A stretch of 58,839 nt of DNA, from the NCBI GenBank assembly GCA_034434735.1, contig DAOTYQ010000086.1, forward strand, positions 1 to 58,839. The letters run 5' to 3'. The DNA comes from Chloroflexota bacterium (lineage in GTDB: Bacteria > Chloroflexota > Limnocylindria > Limnocylindrales > CSP1-4). The notes beneath the pieces were generated by a model that was not told the origin of the DNA, searched no databases, and saw nothing but the letters and a program-made list of their open reading frames with translations. The translations under genes and the position numbers were made by a program. Below are positions 56,938-58,839 of the stretch, piece by piece (the stretch's first letter is position 1; each line of letters opens with the position of its first letter).

Positions 56938-57100
56938 GATTCCTCCCGTCTCGTCGATCGTGGTGGGCGCCCGCCAACGATAGCACCCGAGGGGGCCGCC
57001 CCGTGGCCGGCCGAGGTCGGATCGGTGGCGGGTCGGCTCGGCGCCCGCTCGCCGCGCACGGCCATCCGCCGGCCCTCGTCCCGCGTCGGCCGGCGGGCCG

Positions 57101-57664
57101 CTAGCGCTCGAGGGGTCCGAGGGGGGTCCGGCGTTCGATCTCGGCCCGCCAGCGGAGCGCCTCGCCCGCCCCGCGGGCGATCGCCTCGCGGGCGTGGACG
57201 AGGTTCAGGTAGCCCCGCTTGATGGCGGTGTCGCCCTCCAGGGCCCGGCCGCCCCGGCTCCCGGCGGCGAGGATCCCGCAGCCGTGCTCGACGAAGTCGA
57301 GGGCCCGTTCGGCCCGCTCGAGGCCCTCGACGAGCGCCCGCCGGAAGCCGGCCACGGCCTCGGGCCCGCCGAGGGCAGCCGCCTCGGCGGCGTAGCGGCG
57401 GACCGCGTCGCGGGCGGCGTCGATGGTCGGCCCGATCTCGGCCGCCTCGAGCTCGTGGCGCCGGACGGCGTCGACCCGCTCGATGGCGCCGGCCAGAGAG
57501 GCATCGATCCGGGCGGCCAGATCGCCCACCCGCCGCCGAAAGAAATACGCCTCCCGGGTCTCGGCGAGGGCCCGGGCGAGGCGTCGGGCGAGGACGGCCG
57601 TCGCCGCCGCCAGGGCGAGGAAGGCGACGAGGGGGAAGAGGAACGGGACCGTCCCGGGCCCCAT
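57101..57664 (-). CDS. Hypothetical membrane-anchored helical protein (187 aa)
   Basis: One N-terminal TM helix (FLFPLVAFLALAAATAVLA) followed by an Ala/Arg/Glu-rich helical region. Codon signature is like the neighbouring genes. No family recognised. Confidence 0.6.
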   Translation of the reverse strand: MGPGTVPFLFPLVAFLALAAATAVLARRLARALAETREAYFFRRRVGDLAARIDASLAGAIERVDAVRRHELEAAEIGPTIDAARDAVRRYAAEAAALGGPEAVAGFRRALVEGLERAERALDFVEHGCGILAAGSRGGRALEGDTAIKRGYLNLVHAREAIARGAGEALRWRAEIERRTPLGPLER

Positions 57665-57737
57665 CGGCTAGGCTCCCACCCCGGCGACCCTCGACCGAAA
57701 ATCGCGCCGGCCGCGCCGCACCGTCGCCCGTCCCGGC

Positions 57738-58724
57738 TCAGGTCGTCCCGGCCTCGCGCCGCCGGCGGAGCTCGGCGACGAGGGCCCGGCCGACCTCGAA
57801 GAGGTCGCCGACGACGTAGAGGTCGGCGTATTCGGCGAGCGGCGCATCGGGGTCGCGGTTCACGGCGACGATGGTCTCGGCCGTCTGCATCCCGACCTTG
57901 TGCTGGATCGCTCCGCTGACGCCGAGGCCGAGGTAGAGGCGCGGTTTTACGACCTTGCCGGTCTGGCCGATCTGGCGGGCGTAGCCGATCCAGCCGGCGT
58001 CGACCGGCGCCCGGGTGGCGCCGACCGTCCCGCCGAGGAGCGCCGCGAGCTCCTCGAGGAGAGCGAAGCCCTCGGCCCCGCCGACACCCCGTCCGCCGAC
58101 GACGACGACCGGCGCTTCCTCGAGGGGGATCTCGCCGGCCGTCTCGAGGATCCGCTCCAGGCGTCGGACCGGCGGGCCGAGCGCGACGGCCGTGGCCGTC
58201 CGGGCGACGACGCGCCCCGGGGCGTCGGCCGGGGCGGCATCGACGGAGCTCGGCCGGACCGTGACGATCCCCGGCGGGCCGACGAACCGGCTCCGGACGA
58301 CGAGCTTGCCGCCGAAGATCGTCTTCACCGCCGTCGGCCCCTCGGAGCCGACCTCGACGGCGACGGCGTTCGCCAGGACCGGCCGGTCGAGGAGGACGGA
58401 GAGGGCGCCGGCCACGTCCCGCCCGTCGGGACTGGCGCCGACGAGGATCGGGCCGTCCTCCGGCTCGACGATGGCGGCCGTCTCGGCGGCGACTCGCGGC
58501 GCGGGGGCGAGGTCGGCCAGCTCGGGTAGCTCGACGGTCAGGACCTCGGGGAGATAGGCGGCCAGGCTGGCACCCGCCGTGCCGGCATCGGCTCCGACGA
58601 GGACCCCGACGACGGGTCGGCCGAGGGCCTCGCCGAGCCGGCGGCCGAGGGTGGCAACCTCCGTCGAGAGGCGCGTCGGGCGGCCGTCGACGACCTCCCC
58701 GACGACGACGACGCGGCCGCTCAC
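57738..58724 (-). CDS. etfA: Electron transfer flavoprotein alpha subunit
   Basis: C-terminal FAD-binding region ATRAPVDAGW...QIGQTGKVVKPRLYLGLGVSGAIQH..G. GTG start overlaps the etfB stop. Confidence 0.93.
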   Translation of the reverse strand: MSGRVVVVGEVVDGRPTRLSTEVATLGRRLGEALGRPVVGVLVGADAGTAGASLAAYLPEVLTVELPELADLAPAPRVAAETAAIVEPEDGPILVGASPDGRDVAGALSVLLDRPVLANAVAVEVGSEGPTAVKTIFGGKLVVRSRFVGPPGIVTVRPSSVDAAPADAPGRVVARTATAVALGPPVRRLERILETAGEIPLEEAPVVVVGGRGVGGAEGFALLEELAALLGGTVGATRAPVDAGWIGYARQIGQTGKVVKPRLYLGLGVSGAIQHKVGMQTAETIVAVNRDPDAPLAEYADLYVVGDLFEVGRALVAELRRRREAGTT

Positions 58725-58839
58725 GGCAGGAGCCGCCGGGCGGCGAGGAAGTCGGCGATCTCCCGGGCCGCCTCCACCGCCGACGCCCGGATCGTCCGCG
58801 TCGCCCCGCGGGCCGGCGGCGGATCGACGGCAACGACGG
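58721..58839 (-). CDS. etfB: Electron transfer flavoprotein beta subunit, 3' end only
   Basis: Partial ORF running off the window edge. My translation is ...VVAVDPPPARGATRTIRASAVEAAREIADFLAARRLLP*. The position directly upstream of etfA with a GTGA overlap is typical. Confidence 0.7.
   Translation of the reverse strand, partial: VVAVDPPPARGATRTIRASAVEAAREIADFLAARRLLP

Overview
High-GC bacterial chromosomal segment (about 64-75% GC by hand counts on a few lines). It is densely packed, with many 1-8 nt start/stop overlaps, and is dominated by housekeeping genes. Content from left to right: (1) About 1.1 kb without convincing coding signal, carrying a diverged 282-bp tandem duplication with DnaA-box-like 9-mers. 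(2) A long minus-strand array: hflX, miaA, miaB, a PHP phosphoesterase, ymdB, rny, recX, recA, a 55-aa ORF, tgt, DUF2905 and ruvB. (3) An Rrf2 regulator and RppH Nudix hydrolase pair on the opposite strand, which separates ruvB from yebC-ruvC-ruvA. (4) An EF-G paralogue. (5) A histidine operon (a TrpR-like yerC/yecD gene, then hisG-D-C-B-H-F-IE). hisA is displaced and divergent across a 97-bp spacer that holds a perfect 14-bp palindrome with two CTAG motifs. (6) tyrS, a class A PBP, and mutS2-mpg-cvpA. (7) pheT-pheS-rplT-rpmI-infC-thrS, with a Thr-type T-box leader and tRNA-Val(GAC) upstream of thrS. (8) A SpoU/TrmH methyltransferase. (9) A minus-strand cluster: family-5 solute-binding protein, zinc metallopeptidase, two DUF881 genes, DUF951, an MFS transporter and an amidohydrolase. 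(10) A GT2 glycosyltransferase, tRNA-Arg(CCT), a glutaredoxin-like/ccdA/tlpA trio, an MBL hydrolase, nrdR-dcd, a membrane-anchored hypothetical, etfA and the 3' end of etfB. I saw no CRISPR array, transposase, integrase, phage genes or recognisable defence genes. The least ordinary things are non-coding or organisational rather than a new gene cassette. Most long ORFs in the supplied track are Arg/Pro/Gly/Ala-rich shadow frames of real genes and were not called. All product calls rest on my recognition of motifs in the translations; no search was run. Start codons are inferred, often internal to the track ORFs.
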